From sequence record EU863408: a DNA stretch of 64,000 bases; one strand, given 5' to 3'. Below, one piece after another: positions 1 through 9,411 of this stretch. The notes under the pieces are model-generated. The model was not told where the DNA came from, did not search any database, and saw only the letters and a program-made list of their open reading frames with translations. This DNA is from Escherichia phage JSE. The position numbers and the translations under genes are program-made. Each line of letters begins with the position of its first letter. The first letter of the stretch is position 1.

Positions 1-6
1 TGTTAA

Positions 7-444
7 TTATTTGTTGATAACGATCTGATTTCGGCGAATGGTAACATTACTCTTAGAGATGATCAGATCATCCGGCACTACGTTAGTTTTGTATGGCTGG
101 AAGCGAACAAGCATCTGATTGCGTTTAGACCCTTCCTTAATCTTGATTTCCATCTGGATATTGTTGCCTACGTGAGCAACCGCAATTTCACCTTTATTCT
201 CATAGACCCACTTGCTGGTAACGTCTCCTGCAAAAGCCTTAATAACTTGCAATGCTTCGTCGTATGCGGTAGAGCTGTGAACTTTCAGAAGGCCAGCCGT
301 AGCAAGACGGGAGCAGGTGATCGCCGGAGATTGCCAAACATCAACATTAATTTGCTCAATCAGAGTAACACCGCCCTGATCAACTGCTTTGAATGCTTCG
401 AACATTGCCTTTTTCATTGCTACGTGGTTTTTACGGAATTTCAT
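7..444 (-). CDS. hypothetical protein (145 aa)
   Basis: Intact ORF co-oriented with the hoc block; no motif recognised. Confidence 0.45.
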   Translation of the reverse strand: MKFRKNHVAMKKAMFEAFKAVDQGGVTLIEQINVDVWQSPAITCSRLATAGLLKVHSSTAYDEALQVIKAFAGDVTSKWVYENKGEIAVAHVGNNIQMEIKIKEGSKRNQMLVRFQPYKTNVVPDDLIISKSNVTIRRNQIVINK

Positions 445-490
445 AATTAGTCACCTCTATTGATTAGTTATTCAGAATATTAATTACAAA

Positions 491-766
491 TCAGGACATT
501 GCCCGTTTGAATGCGTCCATTATAACAGTGTTATTTGGCTTGTCAACACGTTTTTGAACTTTATTTTTAAATTTTTTGTTGATGTGGTGTTTACGATAAA
601 CAACCTTTTCACGGCTGGCGTAAGCCTCGCGTGCATCTTTTACCATCAACCATGCCTTAGCCGCATCTTGTCCGCTGATCCCGCCAATCTTCTTAGCAAT
701 ATCAACAAAATTAAGACCGTGGTCTTCGCGTAGCATGTAAACCATTAACGCTGTTTTCTTGTCCAT
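491..766 (-). CDS. hypothetical protein (about 91 aa from internal ATG; track ORF extends to 874)
   Basis: ORF-track frame; ATG at 764-766 abuts stop of upstream ORF; start uncertain. Confidence 0.35.
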   Translation of the reverse strand: MDKKTALMVYMLREDHGLNFVDIAKKIGGISGQDAAKAWLMVKDAREAYASREKVVYRKHHINKKFKNKVQKRVDKPNNTVIMDAFKRAMS

Positions 767-963
767 CACTTCGCCCCATTGACGATTAACAGGATAGTGA
801 TCAGTACCGGAAACTGGATCATGACAGTACCAATAAACCGGATAAACGCATTTTCTGACTTCCACACATGACATGCGACTAGCTGATAGACCATTGTTGC
901 AACCAAAGCCAGAAAATACATCTCGATTGGTGCTTCTTTGATCAATCGTACAATCTCATTCAT
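766..963 (-). CDS. small hydrophobic membrane protein (65 aa)
   Basis: ORF with hydrophobic stretches. Confidence 0.35.
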   Translation of the reverse strand: MNEIVRLIKEAPIEMYFLALVATMVYQLVACHVWKSENAFIRFIGTVMIQFPVLITILLIVNGAK

Positions 964-1164
964 ACTTCACCTCATACATTCATAAACACAACAACGAATA
1001 ATACAGTAACAGTTATCAACGCCATTTTCAACCCCATATTCATAATATTTTCTTCGCCTCACTATGGACAGTAGCATGTCGATGCGTGCCATTATAGGCA
1101 TCTAAATCGCTCTGTCAAGCACAAAAACAAAAAAGCCACCCCGAAGGATGGCTGATAGATTTCA

Positions 1165-2379
1165 TTAAGCAGGATGCGTTTCACGAATGCGTAGAACTCG
1201 CTCTAACGTATCTCGGTCCAGTTTATGTAAATCTTTGGAATGATACATGAAACCATTGCGAGATTCCATGCAAGTGCAATCACTATATTGTTCTTCCGCT
1301 GCCGCGATTGTCTCCAGATCTTTGGCGTACTTGCTGGTTGAATAAACTTCTCGATCACGCCACTCTAACCCAGCCTCATTGAATTTAACAATCTCGTCAA
1401 ATACCCACCATCCAATGTAGATAAATGAAGTTTTGCGCCACGGGATCGGGTGTACGTAACGAAACATTTTAACAACTTCCATTGAACATTTTCGGCTTGT
1501 ACTTGCTGCAACTTCTACTGTTTCATCTTCGATCTGTTGATATAGTTTAGCAACACACCAGAATTTGGCTGTGTCATCGTAAGTAGCACTCTCTTTGAAC
1601 AGATGACCGTCTGGCATGATAGAAAATCCTTCCAGTGCTTCGCCGTCCTCACTACCGATTAGAGTCGGTGACAGTTGCCCTTCGCGCTGCAAATACCAGT
1701 TATGTTTGATCGTCAATTCAGGCATACCGCTAGAATCGCCTACAATGTCCTCTGACACAACATAATTAAGTAAGATCTCATTACCTAGTGCCACGGTCTT
1801 TGATTCCACCACATCCTGTTCTACGTTCATTGTTGCCAGCATGATTTTAGTCGATGCGCTATCGGCTGAATTTTCCGACTCACCCCACACTTTTACAGTA
1901 TACACGCCGTTTTTATCTGCTGTAAATTTTTTGATTGTAGTATTCTGTTTTGTGTCTATAACTTCTTCGCCCTTACTCCAACTATAATGTAGTTCATAGT
2001 TGTCTGCTGGAGTCTTCCCACCCGAAAAATTTACTGTTGCATGTAATTCTACGTCTTTTTGTGATGATACGTAGAAATGCGGCGGTTCGGTGATATTTAC
2101 GATTAATTCCGCTTCTTCCATGAGGAAAACTTCAGATTCTACTGATTCCATCGTATCAGTATCTTGTACCTTGACTTTATAGCTACCCGCATTTTCACTT
2201 GTTGCGCCTTCTACAGTTAGCGTAGCTGTGTTATTTTCATGCTGTTGGTCGTCTTTTGTCCATGTATATGTCAAATTGCTTGGTAATGGTTCGTCACCCG
2301 CTAAAGTCGCCGTTAAGGTGAAACCATCTCCAGCAAGAAAACATCTTTTGTTAGATTGTATTGATACTGTGAAAGCCAT
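1165..2379 (-). CDS. hoc: Hoc-like outer capsid decoration protein with Ig-like repeats
   Basis: N-terminus MAFTVSI and C-terminal YVHPIPWRK..IYIGWWVFDEI..ESRNGFMYH resemble T4 Hoc; repeated Ig-like segments. Confidence 0.75.
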   Translation of the reverse strand: MAFTVSIQSNKRCFLAGDGFTLTATLAGDEPLPSNLTYTWTKDDQQHENNTATLTVEGATSENAGSYKVKVQDTDTMESVESEVFLMEEAELIVNITEPPHFYVSSQKDVELHATVNFSGGKTPADNYELHYSWSKGEEVIDTKQNTTIKKFTADKNGVYTVKVWGESENSADSASTKIMLATMNVEQDVVESKTVALGNEILLNYVVSEDIVGDSSGMPELTIKHNWYLQREGQLSPTLIGSEDGEALEGFSIMPDGHLFKESATYDDTAKFWCVAKLYQQIEDETVEVAASTSRKCSMEVVKMFRYVHPIPWRKTSFIYIGWWVFDEIVKFNEAGLEWRDREVYSTSKYAKDLETIAAAEEQYSDCTCMESRNGFMYHSKDLHKLDRDTLERVLRIRETHPA

Positions 2380-2548
2380 ATAAAGCCACTCCCATAGAAA
2401 ATCCGAATTTAATTAATTGAAATAGTTGATTGCCATCAACCAGATAACCATTGCGATATTCCAATACATGAGTATTAGAATAGTGATGCAACGAGGCCGA
2501 AATAGTCTCGATCTCGTCTGGGTATTTGTTCTGTTTGATGTAATACAT
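2351..2548 (-). CDS. small hypothetical protein (65 aa), overlaps hoc start
   Basis: ORF only; weak ribosome-binding site. Confidence 0.2.
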   Translation of the reverse strand: MYYIKQNKYPDEIETISASLHHYSNTHVLEYRNGYLVDGNQLFQLIKFGFSMGVALYGFHSINTI

Positions 2549-2644
2549 TGATTTTGTTAGGCATGTAGTATCCTCTTTTTAATTGCATAACGGAACTACA
2601 ATTAAAATTATAACAAATATTTCACAACTTTTATCACCCAAAAA

Positions 2645-3370
2645 TTACTTGAGTGTGTGGAATTGGCTATGTTTAGTCTCTCGCACCTTGACAGACCCAT
2701 CGCGTTTGATATAATAGATCAGTGACTTGAGGGTGTCGTGTACATACGCGTGCGGGAAACGTTCTGGATACTTCTTCCAATCTGGAGTATTAACGATCCA
2801 GTCGAAAATCCACCACGGGCAGGAGTAGTAACCACGACCGCCACCGATCAAGCAAATGGTCGGACGGAAGCCAGTAAGATCGCAAAATGAATCAGTGTCA
2901 TGTGCTAGGGAACGATGCTCTGCTTCGTCAGAGAAAATGTTTGCTACCGGAGATTTCACTTTAACTTCCGGTGCTTCTTCAACATCTGACTTAACTTCTT
3001 CGACCACTGGTTCAACTGCTGGAGATTCTTCTTTTGTTTCTTCAATGACGATCTCAGGTTCTTTCATTGCTTCAACCAGAGACGGATCAACTTCGTCGAA
3101 TACTATTTTATCATCTGCGGTGTCTGCTGCCAGAATAAGATCGTTAATACTGGTTCCTTCTGCCGGAGTTTCTTCTTCCATTTCGGAAGCCAGTTTAGTT
3201 AATTCGGTTTCTACGAACTCGATCATGTTCTCTAGTGATAAAGTCTTTTTGACCTTAATATCAAATTGTTTTGCGTAGTCAGCTAATTCTGTTTTAGCTG
3301 TTTTCTGTGCTTCTTTGTCGTCGGACGCCGCAATAGCGCGGAGTTCTTCGAAATATTCTTTATCAAACAT
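2645..3370 (-). CDS. acidic hypothetical protein; occupies the position of T4 inh (call by synteny only)
   Basis: 241-aa ORF between hoc and uvsW; acidic central region. Confidence 0.45.
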   Translation of the reverse strand: MFDKEYFEELRAIAASDDKEAQKTAKTELADYAKQFDIKVKKTLSLENMIEFVETELTKLASEMEEETPAEGTSINDLILAADTADDKIVFDEVDPSLVEAMKEPEIVIEETKEESPAVEPVVEEVKSDVEEAPEVKVKSPVANIFSDEAEHRSLAHDTDSFCDLTGFRPTICLIGGGRGYYSCPWWIFDWIVNTPDWKKYPERFPHAYVHDTLKSLIYYIKRDGSVKVRETKHSQFHTLK

Positions 3371-3396
3371 GTTATTCTCCTGATTGGGGGTGTTTG

Positions 3397-3404
3397 TATA
3401 AATA
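3397..3404 (+). promoter_or_regulatory. T4-type late promoter motif TATAAATA upstream of uvsW
   Basis: Exact TATAAATA about 37 nt upstream of the uvsW ATG. Confidence 0.6.
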
Positions 3405-3440
3405 TTTGTATACTGTATTTATTGAGTGAGGCTATTCGCT

Positions 3441-4943
3441 ATGCAAGATATTAAAATTCACTTTCTGAACTATTCCCATGTTCAAATTGAATGTAGCGAT
3501 TCAATTTTATTAGAAATGCGAGATTATTTTAGTTTTGAAGTCGAGGGAGCGCGGTTTCAAAAACGAGTAAAATACGGAGGCTGGGATGGGCGTATTCGTC
3601 TTTTAGATTACAACGGAAAGCTGCCAATCGGCCTAACTAAAACCGTGGGAATCTTCGCTAAAAATATGGGCTATAGTGTATGGGTAGATCCTCGCTTATT
3701 CGAAAAAGAACAAGTTACAGAAGAAGAAATTACAAAATGGTGTAATGCCTTAGAATTATATTCCGGTGCTAACAGGATCACCCCGCATTGGTATCAATCA
3801 AAGGCTGTCTTTGAAGGTATCCATCATAAACGCCGTATGTTAGTTTTGCCTACGTCCGCTGGTAAATCTGCGATTGCTTGTATGTTGTCTCGCTGGTACT
3901 TAGAGAACTACGAAGGGAAAGTGCTGATCATCGTTCCTACCACGTCGCTAGTGCTGCAAATGCGTGATGACTTTGTTGATTATCGCCAGTTTCCTTATGA
4001 AGCAATTCATACTATCATGAGCGGTACTAGTAAACACGTAGGTGATCGCCTGATCGTTGTTAGTACGTGGCAATCTGCATGTAAACAACCTCGTGAGTGG
4101 TTCCAGCAATTTGGGATGGTTATTGTTGACGAATGTCACAAAGCCACTGCTAAAAACCTGCTAAACATCGTTACTGATATGGATCATTGCCAGTTTAAGA
4201 TCGGCATGACTGGTTCCCCTCGTGACGGGAAAGCTAACATGATGCAGTATGTCGGGCTTTTCGGTGATATTTCTAAGATCGTGAGTATTGACCGCCTGAT
4301 GGAAGAAGGGCAGGTGACAAAACTGAAAATTAACTGTCTTTTCCTTCGTTATACCGATGAGGAATGTAGCGCGGTTAAGGGGCGAGAATATGCGGAAGAG
4401 ATCAAGTATATTACATCTAACCCACGACGAAATAAGTTTGCTTGTAATTTGGCGCTAAAACTCGCTAAGAAGGGCGAAAACGTATTCCTGATGTTCCGCA
4501 ACACTAAGCACGGAAAACTTATGTATGACGCGTTACAGAAGGTACACGACAAGGTTTATTATATTGACGGTGGAGTTAAGACAGAAGAACGAGACGAGTT
4601 CAAAAAATTAGCGGAAGGGGAAACAGGGATCATTTGTGTTGCGTCTTATGGTGTATTCTCTACTGGTGTTTCAATTAAGAATTTGCATCATGTTATTTTC
4701 GGTCATCCAGTGAAGGAATCAACTATCGTTCGTCAGAGTATCGGTCGTGCATTGCGTAAACATGGTTCTAAGGATATTGCAACGGTCTGGGATCTTATCG
4801 ATCATTTGGCGGTTAAGACAAAGAGCAAGAATGCTAAGAAACAGTTTAGCCACCTTAATTATGCTCTTAAACATGCGCTTGAAAGAATAAAAATTTACAA
4901 CACCGATCGATTCGAATATGTCACGAAAACAATCGAGATCTAA
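3441..4943 (+). CDS. uvsW: UvsW DNA/RNA helicase
   Basis: Strong similarity to T4 UvsW along the whole length (DIKIHF.., GRIRLLDYN, LPTSAGKS, DECH, late YVGLFG and HLNY regions); ATG at 3441 with GAGTGAGG RBS (track ORF starts at GTG 3426). Confidence 0.9.
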   Translation: MQDIKIHFLNYSHVQIECSDSILLEMRDYFSFEVEGARFQKRVKYGGWDGRIRLLDYNGKLPIGLTKTVGIFAKNMGYSVWVDPRLFEKEQVTEEEITKWCNALELYSGANRITPHWYQSKAVFEGIHHKRRMLVLPTSAGKSAIACMLSRWYLENYEGKVLIIVPTTSLVLQMRDDFVDYRQFPYEAIHTIMSGTSKHVGDRLIVVSTWQSACKQPREWFQQFGMVIVDECHKATAKNLLNIVTDMDHCQFKIGMTGSPRDGKANMMQYVGLFGDISKIVSIDRLMEEGQVTKLKINCLFLRYTDEECSAVKGREYAEEIKYITSNPRRNKFACNLALKLAKKGENVFLMFRNTKHGKLMYDALQKVHDKVYYIDGGVKTEERDEFKKLAEGETGIICVASYGVFSTGVSIKNLHHVIFGHPVKESTIVRQSIGRALRKHGSKDIATVWDLIDHLAVKTKSKNAKKQFSHLNYALKHALERIKIYNTDRFEYVTKTIEI

Positions 4944-4949
4944 TAAATA

Positions 4950-4973
4950 GGGGCTTTAATGCCCCTTTATTCT
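4950..4973 (+). terminator. rho-independent terminator-like hairpin after uvsW
   Basis: GGGGC-loop-GCCCC followed by T-rich tract. Confidence 0.5.
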
Positions 4974-4986
4974 ACGGAGATTAAAA

Positions 4987-5223
4987 ATGATTAGCTTTAA
5001 ACGTTTTTTGGTTGAGGCCGCTATTGACGGTTTCATGAGTAAGATTTATTCTTGTAATACTATCGAGGGATTAAATGAACTTGAGGCATATTATGAGAAG
5101 CGCAAGAAAGAAACAGAATTGAAACCTGCTGATGACATTTCGATCCGTGATGCTATCGCTGGACGCCGTAAGCAACTGGAAGCGGACAACGAGCCAGAAG
5201 AGGAGCCGGAAGAGGATTTTTAA
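4987..5223 (+). CDS. uvsW.1: UvsW.1-like small acidic protein
   Basis: 78 aa; resembles T4 UvsW.1 (FLxEA.IDxFM..I.SC.T.EGL.ELEAYY...ETELK). Confidence 0.7.
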   Translation: MISFKRFLVEAAIDGFMSKIYSCNTIEGLNELEAYYEKRKKETELKPADDISIRDAIAGRRKQLEADNEPEEEPEEDF

Positions 5224-5226
5224 GAT

Positions 5227-5253
5227 ATAAAAAAGCCCCATCAATGATGGGGC
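5227..5253 (-). terminator. rho-independent terminator downstream of uvsY (minus strand)
   Basis: GCCCCATC-loop-GATGGGGC hairpin followed on the minus strand by a T-run. Confidence 0.55.
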
Positions 5254-5286
5254 AAAATAAACCAATTAAAATCGGTTATCAACAAA

Positions 5287-5463
5287 TTACATTAACAGCA
5301 TTGTTTGCTCTACGAGTTGTTCTTGTTCTTCGCCGTTCGCATCTTCACTAATCGAACGTTCTGTTACTAGCTGTAAGCAGTAGCCAGTGTGAACAACGCC
5401 GTTTTCTGTCTGGACTGATAACGCATCCTCGACAGGTTGTTTACAACAAATACAGATTTTCAT
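5287..5463 (-). CDS. small Cys-rich protein (58 aa), uvsY-adjacent
   Basis: Hand-translated ORF MKICICCKQP..; AGGAGG-like RBS; not in the ORF track (under 60 aa). Confidence 0.4.
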   Translation of the reverse strand: MKICICCKQPVEDALSVQTENGVVHTGYCLQLVTERSISEDANGEEQEQLVEQTMLLM

Positions 5464-5484
5464 AAAAATTCCTCCTGCATGTAT

Positions 5485-5892
5485 TTAGCGACCAGATTCC
5501 AGCATACGCAATTCTATAGCATTCTTGATCGCAAATCCACGAGATTTAACGATATCAAGTGCGCGACCAGCAAAATCCATTACCATCTGGTAATATGCAA
5601 TTTTCGTATCAAGCGGTAAGATCTCGTCGTCTGCTGCCATGACAACTTTCAATTCTGATTTCTCATATTCAGCACGACACCAGTCATCACTACGGTTAGT
5701 GTAAAAGTCAAGACGATTTTTCATAGCCTTTTTCTTTTTAGCCTCAAGAGCAATCGTCTCTCTTTTCGCCTCGCTGTAAATCCTTAACCACTTTGAGTAT
5801 ACTACCGGATTATTCAGCGCCTCCCATTGCAACTTAGTCGCATCGATCTTCATGTCAGCTTCTAATTGTTCTTTCAAATCGTTTAGGTCCAT
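5485..5892 (-). CDS. uvsY: UvsY recombination mediator
   Basis: 135 aa; similar to T4 UvsY (LQWEA.NN..YSKWL, KSRGFAIK). Confidence 0.85.
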   Translation of the reverse strand: MDLNDLKEQLEADMKIDATKLQWEALNNPVVYSKWLRIYSEAKRETIALEAKKKKAMKNRLDFYTNRSDDWCRAEYEKSELKVVMAADDEILPLDTKIAYYQMVMDFAGRALDIVKSRGFAIKNAIELRMLESGR

Positions 5893-5939
5893 AATATCCC
5901 CTTATTCACACTAAGACCTATATCATATCACACACAAAA

Positions 5940-6338
5940 TCACTTTGCAAGTCTTATGCGTAGTTGTTCAAGATCATCTGGGTTATCTATTACTGAAAAG
6001 TAGATTGATACTATGATTGAGTTATCGTCGTACTGCGGAGTTACTTCTACTGTCAGGTTTCGGACCCGTGGTTCATAGTTTCGGATCGCCTCATTGATGT
6101 TTTTTGATAAGGTATCCACTGTCAGTGGGTTCATGTTCTCAAACAGTGATTTATTGAGATCGCATCCAAACAGTGGATCAAATGGACGAGATCCCTTGCG
6201 AGTAGTCACGATCAGTAGAATAGAATCTTTAACCGCTTTAATCCCTATGTTCTTTTTAACGTCGTTATTCCACGATCTGGATATATTGAGATCCAAATCA
6301 GTATACATCTGATTAATAGTTGCCATGTTATACCTCAA
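5940..6338 (-). CDS. 25: baseplate wedge subunit gp25
   Basis: 132 aa; TTRKGSRPFDP.FGCDL, RNYEPR, FSVIDNPDD match T4 gp25. Confidence 0.9.
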   Translation of the reverse strand: MRYNMATINQMYTDLDLNISRSWNNDVKKNIGIKAVKDSILLIVTTRKGSRPFDPLFGCDLNKSLFENMNPLTVDTLSKNINEAIRNYEPRVRNLTVEVTPQYDDNSIIVSIYFSVIDNPDDLEQLRIRLAK

Positions 6339-6964
6339 AGAATTTTAAGGAAACTGGATAGACCTGATAATGAATATACACCAGATTCCCCGCATTCGCA
6401 CTTGATCGGTACTGCCAGCGTGATTTGATTTCTTGTTAGCTCGTCGATCACTTCTTCCACTTTATCCGTGGTAAGCATATCCAGCACGCGGTCAAAGTCC
6501 TGTGCGTTCAGGTCGTCTATATTGAATTGCTGATCGCCGATCACGATATATTCGATACATGCAATTACCATCTGCATAATATCAACATCTTCTGTAAACT
6601 TAGGTTGACGAAACTTGATTTTTACTTGTCCTAAGTCCAGAATATACGGTTCAACTTCTGGTATCTGTGTGCGTGAAACATCAAGAGAGTATACTTTCTC
6701 TTTATTGCATACACCACACACCCAAGTAGCATCAATTTTCATCTTATTGAGGCTGTGACACCATAAGAGAAGAAAAATATATTCTGCTTCGCATTTCTCT
6801 AGCTCTAATGCATTGATCCCCGTACATTCATGTATGATCTCTATAACAACCTCTGACAGCTTGCCAGTCTCTTTTGCTGCTACCAGTTTTTGAAATTCGC
6901 CGAAGGTGAAAGCACGGGCGTGTATCAACTTTTCGCCTAATTGGATCTTGAAAAAGTATTGCAT
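6335..6964 (-). CDS. 26: baseplate hub subunit gp26
   Basis: 209 aa; position and size match T4 gp26; overlaps gp25 by 4 nt. Confidence 0.7.
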   Translation of the reverse strand: MQYFFKIQLGEKLIHARAFTFGEFQKLVAAKETGKLSEVVIEIIHECTGINALELEKCEAEYIFLLLWCHSLNKMKIDATWVCGVCNKEKVYSLDVSRTQIPEVEPYILDLGQVKIKFRQPKFTEDVDIMQMVIACIEYIVIGDQQFNIDDLNAQDFDRVLDMLTTDKVEEVIDELTRNQITLAVPIKCECGESGVYSLSGLSSFLKIL

Positions 6965-7006
6965 AATAAAACACCCTTTATAAACACATAGAATTATTTA
7001 GTATTT

Positions 7007-7014
7007 TATAAATA
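7007..7014 (+). promoter_or_regulatory. T4-type late promoter motif TATAAATA upstream of gene 51
   Basis: Exact TATAAATA 21 nt before the gene 51 ATG. Confidence 0.6.
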
Positions 7015-7034
7015 CCCGAAAGGGGGATTATACC

Positions 7035-7805
7035 ATGAATATTATCCGAATAAAACTGCCGGAAGGTGTGCAGAGATTTAAACCATTCACGGTAAAAGAT
7101 TATAGAGATTTCCTTCTGGTGTCAACTGAAATTAAGATGAATCCAGAAGAAGAACAAACGATTCTGGATGAGCTATTAGAAGAAATATATCCAGAAGTAG
7201 ATCCGGCATTTCGTGAATATATTTTCCTGAATGTCTTTACTAGCTCAATTGGTAAAACAAAGATACCGCTTTGTTTTACTTGCCCGACTTGCAACAAAGA
7301 AAGAAAAATGTTGCTTAACTTACAGGTTGAAGCACTAAAACCAATCGTTCTAGAGGCCGCAGGGCTTAAAATAACTTTCCGGTATGTTAAACCATCAACC
7401 GACTATGCAAAAACGTTTCTGGATGCGATAGAGCGTGTATCTGATGGTATTAATGATTATCTATGGACTGAATTACCGGAAGAAGTTAGAGAACAGGTTA
7501 TCGATTCAATCTCATTTGCTGAATTTGAAGAAGTTGTTAAGCAGATGCACACAATCAAGATCGAACAAAAGATATCTTGTTGTGAAAGTCATGACCTGAA
7601 ATACATAGGTCTTCTTCCATTATTCAAATTGTTGTTGAATCCAGATGAGTTATTCATCTTTTATCGAATAAACCATCTATTGGCAAAATCAAATTATTCT
7701 ATCAGTGATCTTATGGATATGTTACCGATTGAGAGAAACATTGCACTGACACTGGTCGAGAAAGACGTAAAAGAGGCAAATAATGCAAAGAACGGGGTTT
7801 CCTAA
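7035..7805 (+). CDS. 51: baseplate hub assembly protein gp51
   Basis: 256 aa; synteny 26/51/27; Cys pairs CPTCNKE. Confidence 0.7.
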   Translation: MNIIRIKLPEGVQRFKPFTVKDYRDFLLVSTEIKMNPEEEQTILDELLEEIYPEVDPAFREYIFLNVFTSSIGKTKIPLCFTCPTCNKERKMLLNLQVEALKPIVLEAAGLKITFRYVKPSTDYAKTFLDAIERVSDGINDYLWTELPEEVREQVIDSISFAEFEEVVKQMHTIKIEQKISCCESHDLKYIGLLPLFKLLLNPDELFIFYRINHLLAKSNYSISDLMDMLPIERNIALTLVEKDVKEANNAKNGVS

Positions 7806-8893
7806 TGTCTCAATAAAACTTTATCAGGATTATGAGGCATTTCTAAATCATCGCTTTATAGAGTTGGGTGCTACCTTTGTTACAATGACTCTGCGTGATT
7901 CGATTCGTGGGGTGAATGAAGGATTGTTGCAATTCTATGATAATAAGGCGATGCATACAAAATTAAACGGGAGAGAGATCATTCAGATTTCGCTATCCAC
8001 TGCTAATACAGATGAAGTGTTTAACCGAATCTATGGGATCTCTCATAGTAATGTAACAATTGACCAAAAATCCGACAACATTTTAACATTCCAGTTAAAG
8101 AGCTATCACGAAACACTAAACCTTAAATTTTCTCGCTCATTGACAAATAACGCGGTTAATAACGTAACTAGCATGATTGATGCCATCTATAAGGAAGTTC
8201 CTTTATGGAAACCTACTATAAAGGGTGATAACGTTGTTATTCCTCGTTGTCCGTGGGTTAGTACCATAAATGACTATATGGATTTTGTTAGGGCATACGG
8301 GCAAAGCGTAGAAACCGAGTCTTTCGTGTATTGCTGGGAAGATTTTGATGGTATAACGATTGCTGGATACGATACAATATTAAAAAATGAGCCAATACCA
8401 GCTATAATCTGTGAGCCTAGACTCATGGGGCAATTTATTGATATGTCGCCTAATCTGATGGTTTTTAATTTTGAGTGGCAGACTAAGAGCAATGCTAAAG
8501 TTAAAAAATTCATTTAGCAATGTGACATACACCACTATTGATTTTGTTACTAAGCAGTATAATAAAATTATTGTTGGTAATGGGGATAATATTGCACACT
8601 TTGCTCATGGTGGCGCTTATGGCGATTTAACTTATAAGAATGCGTTTTTGGAAGGTTCTAAACTTGCCACAATAGAACAATATGATTCATATGCTACCGC
8701 CGTGTGTCACGGTAATTTTTCGTTGCGCCCCGGTATGGTTATTCGATTCTTTGATGAGAAGCAACAAGCACGCAATGATTTTATTGTTGACGAAGTGGTG
8801 CATGAAATTAGCCGAGAGCAATCATTAACTCACCTGTATATGATCGGTAACAGCGAAGAATTACAGGAAGTCAAATTTGAAGGTAAGATATAA
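7783..8893 (+). CDS. 27: baseplate hub subunit gp27, reading frame broken by an apparent 1-nt insertion in an A6 run (8503-8508)
   Basis: Two overlapping ORFs (7783-8517, 8471-8893) together align colinearly with T4 gp27 (MLQRPGYPN.., TKSN.., HLYM); junction at a homopolymer. Confidence 0.8.
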
Positions 8894-9411
8894 TGACAGA
8901 AACTAAACCTATGTTAAAATTTGTTGTTCCTGTAAAAAAATTAGAGATAAACGGGAAACATATTAAGATCCCAAAAATGGGGATTAAGCAACATCGATTA
9001 TTAAAAGATGTTCGTAGCTGTGATGAAACATTAAAGATTCTTCTTGATTCAATCTGTCCTGGGTTAAACGCAGCCGAGTCTGAGTTGGTTATGCTTAACC
9101 TTTGTGCGTTTAATGGTAAGTGTCTGGAAGAAAAAGATGGTCTTAAGTTGTCTGATGTATATATTTGTACAGAGACTGAATTTACTTTAAATGGTAAAGT
9201 CTTTAAATTTAAAAATCCAATGTATACTTCTGACCCCATTATCGATGACGCTGATTTCTTGAGTCATCATTATCACGATCCTAGCGTAGACTTCCATGAT
9301 TTCCCAGCTTTTATTATGGATTGGGCTACAGGATTAAGAAAAACTATTGCACTGGATACACCGGAAGGTACTATCTATGGTGGAATTAACATATTGGATC
9401 GCCTATCATGA
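8893..9411 (+). CDS. 28: baseplate hub distal subunit gp28
   Basis: 172 aa; synteny; start overlaps gp27 stop. Confidence 0.75.
   Translation: MTETKPMLKFVVPVKKLEINGKHIKIPKMGIKQHRLLKDVRSCDETLKILLDSICPGLNAAESELVMLNLCAFNGKCLEEKDGLKLSDVYICTETEFTLNGKVFKFKNPMYTSDPIIDDADFLSHHYHDPSVDFHDFPAFIMDWATGLRKTIALDTPEGTIYGGINILDRLS

Noticed and set aside
172-450. Plus-strand ORFs lying antisense inside well-supported minus-strand genes (for example 172-450, 2856-3278, 15173-15598, 16025-16627, 36345-36722, 41337-41939, 57920-58333, 62809-63156)
   Set aside because: They overlap genes with strong homology or motif support on the other strand, lack ribosome-binding sites and have no recognisable motifs
5071-5265. 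Minus-strand ORF overlapping uvsW.1 and the uvsY terminator
   Set aside because: Antisense to the conserved uvsW.1 ORF and spans a terminator hairpin
8274-8513. Minus-strand ORF 8274-8513 at the gp27 frameshift site
   Set aside because: Antisense to gp27, whose two halves align with T4 gp27 across this region
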